From Candidatus Poribacteria bacterium (GTDB taxonomy: Bacteria > Poribacteria > WGA-4E > WGA-3G), in contig CAXXLX010000001.1 in the NCBI GenBank assembly GCA_963665235.2, forward strand, positions 3,200,001 to 3,264,000: 64,000 nt of DNA. The letters run 5' to 3'. The translations under genes were made by a program, and so were the position numbers. Every line of letters starts with the position of its first letter. Within the stretch, counting starts at the first letter, position 1. Of this stretch, positions 29,938 to 39,509 are shown piece by piece. The notes beneath the pieces are model-generated. The model was not told where the DNA came from and did not search any database. It saw only the letters and a list, made by a program, of their open reading frames with translations.

Positions 29938-30786
29938 ATGTTAACGTTAAATTTTCTATTTCTCATCACGCTTCTGATATACTTAGCAGCCAGCATTTTT
30001 CAGACCCTTTCGCTGACCATTGGGACACGCACCGAAGCCTTAGCGATTCGTCCAACAATTGAGCGTATTGCTTTTTGGGGAACGACCTGCGGCTTCACTT
30101 GCCTCACTGTCTTCATCGGGCTCTGGTGGCTAGAGCAGGGGAATTTTCCGATAACATATTGGACGAACTCTACTGCCTTCTTTGCATGGGCAATCACATT
30201 AATCTATCTGATTATCGTTCGTTTAACACAACTTCGCGCCCTCGGCACCTTCGTTGTGCCTATCGCCTTCATTGCAATCTTGGTGTCTTACGGTTTCACC
30301 CGAAATAGTGTGACCCTCCCGGAACAGTTGCGAACCTATTGGTTAGTCGCACACGTCACGCTCATCTATCTCAGCTATGCCGCGTTTACCGCAGCATTTG
30401 GATTTGGACTGATGTACCTGATAGCGGAAAAACAGATTCGTGAAAAGACGCGAACGCTCTTTCACAATCTGCTCCCCTCCCTTGGGGTATCCGATGAACT
30501 TGGATACCGCTGCACTATCCTTGGTGTAATTCTGCTTACCATGGGAATTGTTGTAGGTGCGCTCTGGACGCAATATATCATCGAGGTCCCCTGGAATTGG
30601 TTTGATGTGAAGATTATCTCTACGCTGGCGACCTGGTTCATCTACGTTATACAAATCGGTATCCGTCAATTTTGGGGTTGGCGCGGTAGAAAGGCAGCTT
30701 ATGCTGCAATCGTCGGGTTAGTCGCTGTTCTTTATACCTACGTCGGCGTTGACATCTTTTTGGAAAGTGTGCACACCTTCAAATGA
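29938..30786 (+). CDS. ccsA: Cytochrome c assembly CcsA/HemX-like membrane protein
   Basis: Multi-TM; WLVAH, GALW...WNWFDVKI, GWRGRKAA, SVHTF. Confidence 0.8.
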   Translation: MLTLNFLFLITLLIYLAASIFQTLSLTIGTRTEALAIRPTIERIAFWGTTCGFTCLTVFIGLWWLEQGNFPITYWTNSTAFFAWAITLIYLIIVRLTQLRALGTFVVPIAFIAILVSYGFTRNSVTLPEQLRTYWLVAHVTLIYLSYAAFTAAFGFGLMYLIAEKQIREKTRTLFHNLLPSLGVSDELGYRCTILGVILLTMGIVVGALWTQYIIEVPWNWFDVKIISTLATWFIYVIQIGIRQFWGWRGRKAAYAAIVGLVAVLYTYVGVDIFLESVHTFK

Positions 30787-30810
30787 AATGTAAGCAGCAC
30801 GTAGTCTCGT

Positions 30811-31035
30811 TTAGACTTTGGTGAGTGATAGCATTTTTGCGTGGGCGGATTCTAAAATTGAATCCCGAATGAAGGTGGTGGCATTTAAAATCTCTATACC
30901 GATGAGTTCGCCGTTCCCGTTCAATTCGGCGGTAATATTCGGGCTGAGTTCAAGACTATCGCTTTCTGGATCATCGGAAATCGCCAGGTGCAATATGTCT
31001 TCTTTCTCAAAGTATGTCATCTTTGTTTTATTCAA
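30811..31035 (-). CDS. DUF2283-like putative antitoxin
   Basis: YFEKEDILHL...GELIGIEILNA. Confidence 0.75.
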   Translation of the reverse strand: MNKTKMTYFEKEDILHLAISDDPESDSLELSPNITAELNGNGELIGIEILNATTFIRDSILESAHAKMLSLTKV

Positions 31036-31143
31036 AAGTGTACCTCCGTATTCTAACTCGGAATCGAATCTGTTGACGAGTTGTGGCGTGAACCGTTATT
31101 GGAGTGACAATATCTTGATAGACCTATTCTGGGATGACTTCAT
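31028..31143 (-). pseudogene. Remnant of the cognate toxin gene
   Basis: C-terminal fragment VTPITVHATTRQQIRFRVRIRRYTFE* overlapping the antitoxin start; 5' ATG at 31143 out of frame. Confidence 0.5.
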
Positions 31144-31195
31144 TGTATATAGTATAGCGTGACAATCCTTTGTAGTCAAGTTTAATTTTTTGGGG

Positions 31196-31400
31196 GTGTG
31201 TAAAGTTTTTGTACAAAACCGGTGCATAAGTTACACTTTTTGACACAAAGTGTGTCTTTTGGTTTTCGGTTCTGAATGCCCGCAAACGCATGCCCCGTCT
31301 ATGTTTGTAAGCGGTTTTGACCTATATTTTTCAAAACACATAAAGAACAAAGTGTGACATTTCGACCGCCGATTTTCAGGTATCATTCCTGCCTACTTTT
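31196..31400. mobile_element. End segment of GTGTGTAAAG-TIR element
   Basis: About 200 bp homologous (inverted) to 53970-54170. Confidence 0.65.
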
Positions 31401-31458
31401 CTTACCGTTCTGCATACTGGGGTTTAGTCCGACCGGGTTGCGGTGTTTTCTATAAATA

Positions 31459-31612
31459 ACGTAAGCTTGATAATAAATGTCCGTATGCTGTAGACACTTT
31501 TCATTGCGAAAAAAGCGGGGTAATTGTAGCACAAACTTCCTAGTTTGGGTCTTCCATCTTCGCTAAAAATATCCGAGGACACCGCAGGTGAAAACTTTTT
31601 TCAAACTCACGT
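31459..31612. mobile_element. ACGTGAG-TIR MITE with 8-bp target duplication
   Basis: tataaata|acgtaagcttga...tcaaactcacgt|tataaata. Confidence 0.8.
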
Positions 31613-31741
31613 TATAAATATATCGCCCCGCTGGGGCTAGGTTGTGTGGTGTTCACGTCTTCTATAAACATTCCGCCCCGCTGGGGCTAGTTTGTGGGGC
31701 GGTTGTGTTTTCTATAAATATATCGCCCCGCTGGGGCTAGT
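31613..31741. repeat. Three REP-like hairpins
   Basis: tataaa...cgccccgctggggctag x3. Confidence 0.8.
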
Positions 31742-32183
31742 TTAAAGAGGCGACACCCTTAATCGCAAAATTGTGATGCGGACACCTCTTACAATCCGCG
31801 AAATCCGTGTAATCCGCGATAATCCGCGATTTGTGGCGTACTCGCCCAAATGCGACGTGCATTCAGACAACACACCAAATCCACCAAAACCCACATTTCT
31901 TAAATCTTTTTTCTTGACAATATCTGTCAAAAGTGTTTAGCATAACGAGTTGTGCTAAATGACTTTTTGTCCAACATTATTTCACACAAACAGAACGTTT
32001 TGTCCGTGTTTCTCTTATGTTTGGACGCTCTTCAGTCCTGTATGGACGATATATTTATAGCGAAGCGTTCCCCCTTTCTCTTTAGTCCCATAGGGACGAT
32101 ATGTTTGTTCGACACCATCCAAATCTGTGAGAAAAACAAAAACAATCAGTTAACTGACACAAGTCGTTAGCATAGAAAATGTT

Positions 32184-32212
32184 TTGACATTAATGGGGAT
32201 ATGTGATATAAT
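32184..32212 (+). promoter_or_regulatory. Perfect sigma70 promoter of hemA operon
   Basis: TTGACA-17nt-TATAAT with TG extended -10. Confidence 0.85.
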
Positions 32213-32595
32213 TTAATCGGTTATGATTTACACGACGCGCGAGGAATTTTAACAACCTATTAGATTTTCTGTTGAAAAAACATGAATCATATTGTGTCCA
32301 TTGGAACAAGCCACCATACAGCCCCGATTGAATTCAGGGAGAAGCTGGCGTTTTCCGAAGAACAACTTATTGAATCTCTTCAGCACCTACGCATTAATGG
32401 GGATATGTGATATAATTTAATCGGTTATGATTTACACGACGCGCGAGGAATTTTAACAACCTATTAGATTTTCTGTTGAAAAAACATGAATCATATTGTG
32501 TCCATTGGAACAAGCCACCATACAGCCCCGATTGAATTCAGGGAGAAGCTGGCGTTTTCCGAAGAACAACTTATTGAATCTCTTCAGCACCTACG
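32188..32595 (+). repeat. Exact 204-bp tandem duplication of hemA leader and 5' coding region
   Basis: Copies start 32188 and 32392; ATGs at 32282 and 32486. Confidence 0.92.
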
Positions 32596-33781
32596 CGAAT
32601 CTTATCAGGTTCAAGAGGCGGTAATCCTTTCGACCTGCAACCGGGTTGAGGTCTATGCCGTCGCGAATTCACGTAGCATTGCAGAAACTCCTACGAAGTC
32701 GCTGGTGCAATTCCTGTCGCGCTATCATCGCGTCGGCGTGGAGGTCCTTAAAAAATGGAGCTATCTCCATCACGACCTGGAGACTATCCGACACCTCTTT
32801 CGTGTCACGGCGAGTCTGGACTCCATGGTCGTTGGTGAATCGCAAATTTTGGGACAGGTTAAGGAGGCGTACGATATTTCGCGTTCTGCGGGAGGGGCGG
32901 GCACTATTCTCAACAGTCTCTTTCCGAAGGCGTTCAGCGTGGGGAAACGGGTTCGCTCCGAGACAACTATCGCTGCCGGGGCAGTCTCTATCAGTTATGC
33001 CGCCGTTGAATTGGCAAAAAAAATCTTCAACACATTGGAAGGCAAAACAGTCGCAATTATCGGCGCAGGCGAAATGAGCGAACTGACCGCGAAGCATCTC
33101 GTTGCCAACGGAGTCTCCAAGGTTATCGTCGCCAACCGCACATATCAAAACGCTGTCAAAATCGCAGAGAAATTTAACGGTACCCCTTACGCTTACCAGG
33201 ACGACCTCGGTTTTCTCATCGAGGCGGACATTGTTATTAGCTCCACAAATGCCCCCACTTACCTCATCAAACGGAAACCGCTTGCAAACATCATGAAAAA
33301 GCGAAAACATCGCTATATGTTTCTCATAGACATCGCTGTGCCTCGCGACATCGAACCGGATGTGGGCAAAGTTGACCACGCCTTCCTCTATAACATTGAC
33401 GATTTAGAGGCTGTTGTCGCCGCGAACCTCAAAGAACGGCAACAGGAAGCATCCCGCGCTGAACTGATTGTCTCTGAAGAGGCAAGACGATTCCATGCCC
33501 AATTGCAAATCCTTGAAGTGAACCCAACTATTAAGGCACTGCACCAGCAGTTCCAACAGATAGCCGAAACGGAATTGGAGGCATGCTTCGGAAAAACGGA
33601 ACTCTCCGATAAGCAGGAAGCAGCCGTGGCATCTATGACACAAGCAATCGTCAAAAAACTCCTCCACGACCCTATGAAGAATTTACGCCACGCTGTCAAC
33701 GATAACGATGCGGACCACGGGCAATATGTCCAGGCACTACAGGAAATCTTTGCATTGAATACCGATGAGGAATCACAATGA
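32486..33781 (+). CDS. hemA: Glutamyl-tRNA reductase
   Basis: LSTCNRVE, SLDSMVVGESQILGQVK, IGAGEM, DIAVPRDI. Confidence 0.97.
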   Translation: MNHIVSIGTSHHTAPIEFREKLAFSEEQLIESLQHLRESYQVQEAVILSTCNRVEVYAVANSRSIAETPTKSLVQFLSRYHRVGVEVLKKWSYLHHDLETIRHLFRVTASLDSMVVGESQILGQVKEAYDISRSAGGAGTILNSLFPKAFSVGKRVRSETTIAAGAVSISYAAVELAKKIFNTLEGKTVAIIGAGEMSELTAKHLVANGVSKVIVANRTYQNAVKIAEKFNGTPYAYQDDLGFLIEADIVISSTNAPTYLIKRKPLANIMKKRKHRYMFLIDIAVPRDIEPDVGKVDHAFLYNIDDLEAVVAANLKERQQEASRAELIVSEEARRFHAQLQILEVNPTIKALHQQFQQIAETELEACFGKTELSDKQEAAVASMTQAIVKKLLHDPMKNLRHAVNDNDADHGQYVQALQEIFALNTDEESQ

Positions 33782-34704
33782 ATCGTTCTGTCACAATCGG
33801 CACCCGTGGCAGTCAACTTGCACTCTGGCAGGCACACTTCGTTAAGGAACAATTGGCACGCCATTTTCCGGATGTTAAGGTTGACCTCAAGATTATCAAA
33901 ACCACCGGCGACACTATTCAAAACCGTTCCCTGATCGGATTGGGCAAAGGGGTGTTTACCAAAGAGATAGAAATTGCACTCTTAAATAGGAGCATAGACC
34001 TCGCTGTCCACAGTCTGAAAGATTTGCCTACAGCCCTGCCCGATGGACTTCACATCGCAGCGATACCTGCTCGCGAGGATGCCCGCGATGTGCTTATCAC
34101 ATGCACAGGCTTACCGCTATCAGAATTGCCAAGTGGTGCCAAAATTGGCACGACAAGCCCACGCCGAAAAGCACAACTCCTTTACGCGCGTCCAGATTTA
34201 AGCGTCGTTGATGTACGTGGCAACATTGATACACGGTTACGCAAACTTCACGAAACCGAACTGGATGGCATCATACTCGCTGCTGCTGGTATTAAACGGC
34301 TCCTCAGCCCGAAAATTATCACCCAATTTTTTGATACAGACCTGATGGTGCCGGCTGTCGGACAGGGGGCCCTCGCTATTGAAGCGCGAACCGAAGACGC
34401 AGCTGTAGCTACACTGCTTGCACCTCTAAACGATTGCAAGGCAGAAGCCGAAATCACCGCTGAAAGAGCACTATTGGAAAAACTCGGTGGCGGATGTCAG
34501 GTGCCGATTGGTGCAAATGCCAAGCATGTCAACGGCACACTCTCAATTATCGCGGGGGTCTGCCATCCGGAAGGGACGCAGCGCATCGTGGAAAAATCTA
34601 CTGCTTCCCCAAACAATGCACAGGAATTAGGCGAAATCGTCGCTGAAAAACTGAAAAACAGCGGCGCAACCGAACTGCTATCCGCGGAACAGGTAAAACA
34701 CTGA
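33778..34704 (+). CDS. hemC: Hydroxymethylbilane synthase
   Basis: GTRGSQLA, AVHSLKD, RGNIDTRL, GGCQVP. Confidence 0.97.
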   Translation: MNRSVTIGTRGSQLALWQAHFVKEQLARHFPDVKVDLKIIKTTGDTIQNRSLIGLGKGVFTKEIEIALLNRSIDLAVHSLKDLPTALPDGLHIAAIPAREDARDVLITCTGLPLSELPSGAKIGTTSPRRKAQLLYARPDLSVVDVRGNIDTRLRKLHETELDGIILAAAGIKRLLSPKIITQFFDTDLMVPAVGQGALAIEARTEDAAVATLLAPLNDCKAEAEITAERALLEKLGGGCQVPIGANAKHVNGTLSIIAGVCHPEGTQRIVEKSTASPNNAQELGEIVAEKLKNSGATELLSAEQVKH

Positions 34705-36230
34705 TGAACGAGGCTACAAAAAAAACACACCCCGGTATAGTTTACATCGTCGGTGCTGGGCCCGGTGATAAAAAACTCATCACACTCAAAGGCTTGGAAT
34801 GCCTACAGCAAGCCGATGTTGTCATCTACGACCTGCTGCTGAACGACACACTATTACAACACTGCCCCGCGCACACCGAGAAGATTCGAGCCCCCGACCC
34901 AAGAATCCGAACGACACGCCAAGCCGAACTGAATCAACTACTGATTCAGCAGGCAAAAGCGGGTAAAACCGTCGTTCGCCTCAAGGGGGGTGACCCCTAT
35001 ATCTTCGGACGCGGCGGCGAAGAGGCAATTGCACTCACCGAAGCGGGTATACCGTTCGAGATAGTCCCCGGCATCACTGCTGGCATCGCGGCATCGGCTT
35101 ATGCGGGCATCCCCGTGACGCACCGAGACTACGCCTCCTCGGTAGCATTTGTGACAGGACATTCCGCCGCGCTAGGTCAAGATTCAAACATTCATTGGGA
35201 ACACCTCGCCACTGCGGTGGACACCCTCGTTGTCTATATGGGGGTTGCGCATCTGTCCCAGATTGTGGAGCGGCTGCTAACTCACGGCAGAAGTCCGCAA
35301 ACGCCTGTCAGTTTGGTCCGAGTTGGAACAACACCCCAGCAATATGTCGTCCAAGGCACACTTGCCGATATTGCAGAGAAAACCGCAGCAGTCCAACTGA
35401 AAAGCCCCGCTGTTATCGTCATCGGTGAAGTCAATCAGCTCCGAGCGCAGCTCCGATGGTTTGATACGAAACCGCTCTTCGGAAAACGAATCCTTGTCAC
35501 GCGCGCCCGCGCACAGGCAAGCGAATTCGCTGACCTCCTGGAGGCAAACGGCGCAGAGGTTATCCAATTTCCTACCATAGAGATACACCCTATCGATATT
35601 GACCCCGCAGCTATACCCACCCCTAAGGAGTCCGATTGGGTTATCTTTACAAGTGTCAACGCTGTTGAGATTTTTTTTGAACGTCTACGGGAAATAGGAC
35701 TGGATGCACGCGCGTTCGGCACAAGCAAAATCTGTGCCGTCGGTCCGAAAACGGTTGACGCACTTAACCGCATCGGCATCTATCCTGACTTTGTTCCATC
35801 GCATGCCCGCGGGGGTGTCGTCGCCGCGGAAATAGGGGATGTGCAGGGAAAGACAATTCTCCTACCACGAGCGAAAATCGCTACGCCGGACCTCCCCAAC
35901 GGTTTGCGTAAAAGAGGGGCGCGCGTGGAAGAAATTCCGATTTACGATACCGTCAAAGTCCAAAACGAGAGTAGTCAGATTATTGAGGCGGAGCTTTTAG
36001 AGGGCAGAATTGACTTCGTTACGTTTACCAGCTCTTCAACAGTGCTCAACTTTCTTGAGATGTTCCCAACACGTACGGCTAAAGAATTGTTGACGAATGT
36101 TCAGGTAGCTGTCATCGGCCCAACAACAGAGGCAACAGCGACCCAACACGGTGTGCGGGTTGATGTCGTAGCAAAAGAAGCCTCTATTGAGAGTCTTGTA
36201 GAGGCAATTTTAACGCTCCGCCTGCCGTGA
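34704..36230 (+). CDS. cobA: Uroporphyrinogen-III C-methyltransferase/synthase fusion (CobA-HemD)
   Basis: VGAGPGD, RLKGGDPYIFGRGGEE; C-terminal HemD with FTSVNAV and FTSSSTV. Confidence 0.93.
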   Translation: MNEATKKTHPGIVYIVGAGPGDKKLITLKGLECLQQADVVIYDLLLNDTLLQHCPAHTEKIRAPDPRIRTTRQAELNQLLIQQAKAGKTVVRLKGGDPYIFGRGGEEAIALTEAGIPFEIVPGITAGIAASAYAGIPVTHRDYASSVAFVTGHSAALGQDSNIHWEHLATAVDTLVVYMGVAHLSQIVERLLTHGRSPQTPVSLVRVGTTPQQYVVQGTLADIAEKTAAVQLKSPAVIVIGEVNQLRAQLRWFDTKPLFGKRILVTRARAQASEFADLLEANGAEVIQFPTIEIHPIDIDPAAIPTPKESDWVIFTSVNAVEIFFERLREIGLDARAFGTSKICAVGPKTVDALNRIGIYPDFVPSHARGGVVAAEIGDVQGKTILLPRAKIATPDLPNGLRKRGARVEEIPIYDTVKVQNESSQIIEAELLEGRIDFVTFTSSSTVLNFLEMFPTRTAKELLTNVQVAVIGPTTEATATQHGVRVDVVAKEASIESLVEAILTLRLP

Positions 36231-36329
36231 CAGAAGTGCCAATTTCTAACTGGACATACAATTGCAATTGTGGTAACCTAGAGATAATCACGAATTCAAA
36301 ATCACGTCAAAGGGGAAAAAAGAGAGACC

Positions 36330-37772
36330 ATGGACAAAAAAGAGGAACTCATTGCGGAACTCTCCGCGCTACTTGGTCCCAAAAACGTTTTAACCGATGC
36401 AACCGCGCTATCGGTATACGAATGCGATGCCGCGCCCTCGTTTAAGGCACTACCAGATGTCGTCGTTTTTGCGGATACAACAGAGCAGGTATCAGATATT
36501 GTCAAGTTAGCGAACAAATACAGCACACCATTTATCGCACGTGGCGGTGGGACCGGCTTGAGTGGCGGCATGCTTTCTGTTCAGGGGGGAATTATCATCG
36601 CACTCAATCGAATGAATCGCATCCTTGAGATAGATATTGAAAACGAACGCGCCGTGGTTGAACCCGGTGTCGTCAATCTACTTTTGTCACAAGCCGTGCA
36701 GAACCAGGGGTACCATTACGCGCCGGACCCGTCAAGTCAGAAGGCTTGCACAATCGGGGGAAATATTGCAGAAAACTCTGGCGGCCCGCATACCTTAAAA
36801 TACGGTGTCACCTCCGACCATGTGCTCGGCATGGAGGTTGTAATGCCGGATGGTGAGATTATAGAGTTCGGCGGGGCAGTTGAAGAGGTGCCCGGCTACG
36901 ACCTGCGTGGTCTTCTCATCGGCTCCGAAGGCACATTTGGCATCGTGACGAAAGCGACAGTCCGCCTCACACGGAATCCGCAAGCGTATCAGACCGCTTT
37001 GGCAGTCTTTGATAACATGGACGATGCATCTAATGCTGTCTCGACGATTATCGGTGCAGGCATTATCCCCGCTGCGTTGGAAATGATGGACAGCCTCGTC
37101 ATTCGTGCGTTAGAGGAGGCGTTCCAATTCGGGTTTCCACTTGATGCCGAAGCGGTACTCATTGTGGAACTTGATGGAATTGAAGCGGGAATGCAGAACC
37201 AAGCCGCGCGAATTCTGGAAATCTTCAAACAGCATGATGCCCGTGAGGTGAATTACGCCAAAGATGAGGCGGAACGTCAGCAGCTTTGGAAGGCACGGAA
37301 AAGCGCGTTCGGCTCATTTGGCCGGCTTGCACCGAACTATATCACACAAGACGGTGTTGTACCCCGCACACGTTTACCGAAAGTCCTCCGCCGTATCTCC
37401 GAAATTTCCGAAAAATACCAAATCGCAATTGCAAACGTTTTTCATGCAGGCGATGGTAACATACACCCTATCGTCCTCTTTGATGAACGGGACCATGACC
37501 AATGTGAACGGGTGGAACATGTGAACAGAGAAATACTCACAGTATGTGCTGAAGTTGGCGGAACAATCACCGGTGAACACGGCATCGGCGTTGAAAAGAT
37601 GGATTATATGCCGTTAATCTTCAGTCCTGCGGATTTGCAGGTGATGACAAATGTCAAAGCAATCTTCAATCCGACAGGCCTCTGCAATCCCGGTAAAATT
37701 TTCCCGACCGCTGAATCATACACAAAACTCGGGCTGCAACCGGTTCCCGAAGAGTCGGCATCTCCTCTGTAG
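36330..37772 (+). CDS. glcD: FAD-linked oxidase, GlcD-like
   Basis: RGGGTGLSGG, PDPSSQKACTIGGN, HAGDGN, GEHGIG, NPGK. Confidence 0.8.
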   Translation: MDKKEELIAELSALLGPKNVLTDATALSVYECDAAPSFKALPDVVVFADTTEQVSDIVKLANKYSTPFIARGGGTGLSGGMLSVQGGIIIALNRMNRILEIDIENERAVVEPGVVNLLLSQAVQNQGYHYAPDPSSQKACTIGGNIAENSGGPHTLKYGVTSDHVLGMEVVMPDGEIIEFGGAVEEVPGYDLRGLLIGSEGTFGIVTKATVRLTRNPQAYQTALAVFDNMDDASNAVSTIIGAGIIPAALEMMDSLVIRALEEAFQFGFPLDAEAVLIVELDGIEAGMQNQAARILEIFKQHDAREVNYAKDEAERQQLWKARKSAFGSFGRLAPNYITQDGVVPRTRLPKVLRRISEISEKYQIAIANVFHAGDGNIHPIVLFDERDHDQCERVEHVNREILTVCAEVGGTITGEHGIGVEKMDYMPLIFSPADLQVMTNVKAIFNPTGLCNPGKIFPTAESYTKLGLQPVPEESASPL

Positions 37773-37850
37773 GAGCGTGCTGTGCACGCGATACCGTTCT
37801 TATGTAGGAGCGTGCTGTGCACGCGATATTAAGGAGCGGGCTGTCTACTA
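37768..37850. repeat. Tandem GTAG-type REPs
   Basis: tgtaggagcgtgctgtgcacgcgata x2 plus degenerate taaggagcgggctg. Confidence 0.75.
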
Positions 37851-37919
37851 TTTCAGATATCTGATTATAATCACAACATCTGGTTTCCAATTGCTAATTG
37901 CCAATTATGAGATAAACAA

Positions 37920-38555
37920 ATGGCTGAATATGTCACAGGGGTCAATCCCGATATCCTCAAATGGGCACGTACTAGTTCTAACTATACCGTTCAGGACATC
38001 GCTGCATCCCTCAAGAAGGATATTTCAATTATCCAGGCTTGGGAATCCGGTGAACGTGCGCCCACTTATCGTCAACTTGAAAGGTTAGCCGACAAATACA
38101 AACGACCTCTCGCCATTTTCTTTTTCCCTGAACCGCCTGAAGAGCCAAATATTGCAGAGAATCTTGCGCTACGGAGTGCCGATATTGAAGGTTTGTCGCC
38201 ACGTATCCATATACTGCTCCGGCAGGCTTATGCGCGACAGCTCTCCTTAATGGAACTGAATGTAGGGAACAACCCAGCCGAAAATAAAATTTTTCGTGCT
38301 TTGCAAGCGCGACTTAACGATTCACCGCTCGAACTCGCCAAACAGACGCGCGCCTATCTGAACATCAGTGTTGACCAGCAGATAGGTTGGAATAGCCCGG
38401 CAGAAGGTTTCGACAATTGGCGGGACGCAATTGAGGAGAAAGGCGTTTTCGTTTTCAAAGACGCGTTCAAAGATGGTGCTATTGAGCAACTCGCGGAGCA
38501 CCTAAACGTAAAGGTCAAGCAGATTCCCCAGCTCTTTGATATTCATCAGCGATAA
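37920..38555 (+). pseudogene. XRE-HTH protein of ImmA/IrrE-fusion type lacking the peptidase core
   Basis: LKWAR...WESGERAPTYRQL HTH; GVFVFK joined directly to C-terminal EQLAEHLNVK; no HExxH. Confidence 0.6.
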
Positions 38556-38567
38556 AAGGAAACAGCA

Positions 38568-39482
38568 ATGCAATACAATAAAACCGAGCGAACTTTTGAT
38601 TGTGAACCCACGCTCACCGATACACAGGTACTACAGTTCTGTAGAGATGGCTACCTACACCTCCAAGGGGTCGTCCCTGATGAGATAAACCAACGCACCT
38701 ACGATTATCTGAACGGCGACATCCCAATCAATCCGAGTTATATCCCCGATGGAATGACACACGCCGATTTAGAACGAATTCGGGATACACACGAACCGAG
38801 CTCTATTTTACTTGAGGACTGGTACATTGCCCACGTCCTTCTCAACCCGGAGCTTGCCGGGGTATTGCGGTCTCTGCTAGGTAAGCACATCGGATTACCT
38901 GTGCTGGTGAGCAATCATCGGGTTGAATGTCCGATGCACGCCCAAGCGTGGCATTACGATGCCGATTGCCTTTTCGGTCCGGAGACCAATTTCTTAGAGG
39001 TCTTCTATTTTCCACAAGACACACCCATAGAAATGGGACCGACAGAACTACTTCCCGGTTCACATATTTCCCCAAAAAACCGAGACATAACAGAAAAAGG
39101 CACCGCAAGCGATGGGCCAGCGGGTTCATTCGTTATCCACTCACAGAGTATCATGCATCGGCGCGGGGAGTCTACCGCCACCGGATTACGACACATGCTC
39201 AAATACAGTTATTGGCGAACAGTCCCACCGACACGCGACTGGATACAGGACCCAGATTTCGACTTTCAGCGGGCCCCTTATGGCGGACACGGTGTCGCCC
39301 AATATGTTGCTCACATGTTCTATTGGTTATGCGGAAAAGGCGAGGAATTTCGCATCATCGGCGGACAGGCGTGGCCCTGGCGCAGCGAAAACCAGATCGG
39401 CCCCTCCTACGGATTTGGACATGCAACAGGATATTTACCCAATTGGCGCAAAAATAATCCTGATGAGTATGCTGTTGGATAG
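38568..39482 (+). CDS. Phytanoyl-CoA dioxygenase (PhyH) family 2OG-Fe(II) enzyme
   Basis: WHYD HxD motif, GPTELLPGSH, IMHR. Confidence 0.82.
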   Translation: MQYNKTERTFDCEPTLTDTQVLQFCRDGYLHLQGVVPDEINQRTYDYLNGDIPINPSYIPDGMTHADLERIRDTHEPSSILLEDWYIAHVLLNPELAGVLRSLLGKHIGLPVLVSNHRVECPMHAQAWHYDADCLFGPETNFLEVFYFPQDTPIEMGPTELLPGSHISPKNRDITEKGTASDGPAGSFVIHSQSIMHRRGESTATGLRHMLKYSYWRTVPPTRDWIQDPDFDFQRAPYGGHGVAQYVAHMFYWLCGKGEEFRIIGGQAWPWRSENQIGPSYGFGHATGYLPNWRKNNPDEYAVG

Positions 39483-39509
39483 TCTATCGCTTTGATGTGA
39501 GGAGCTCTC

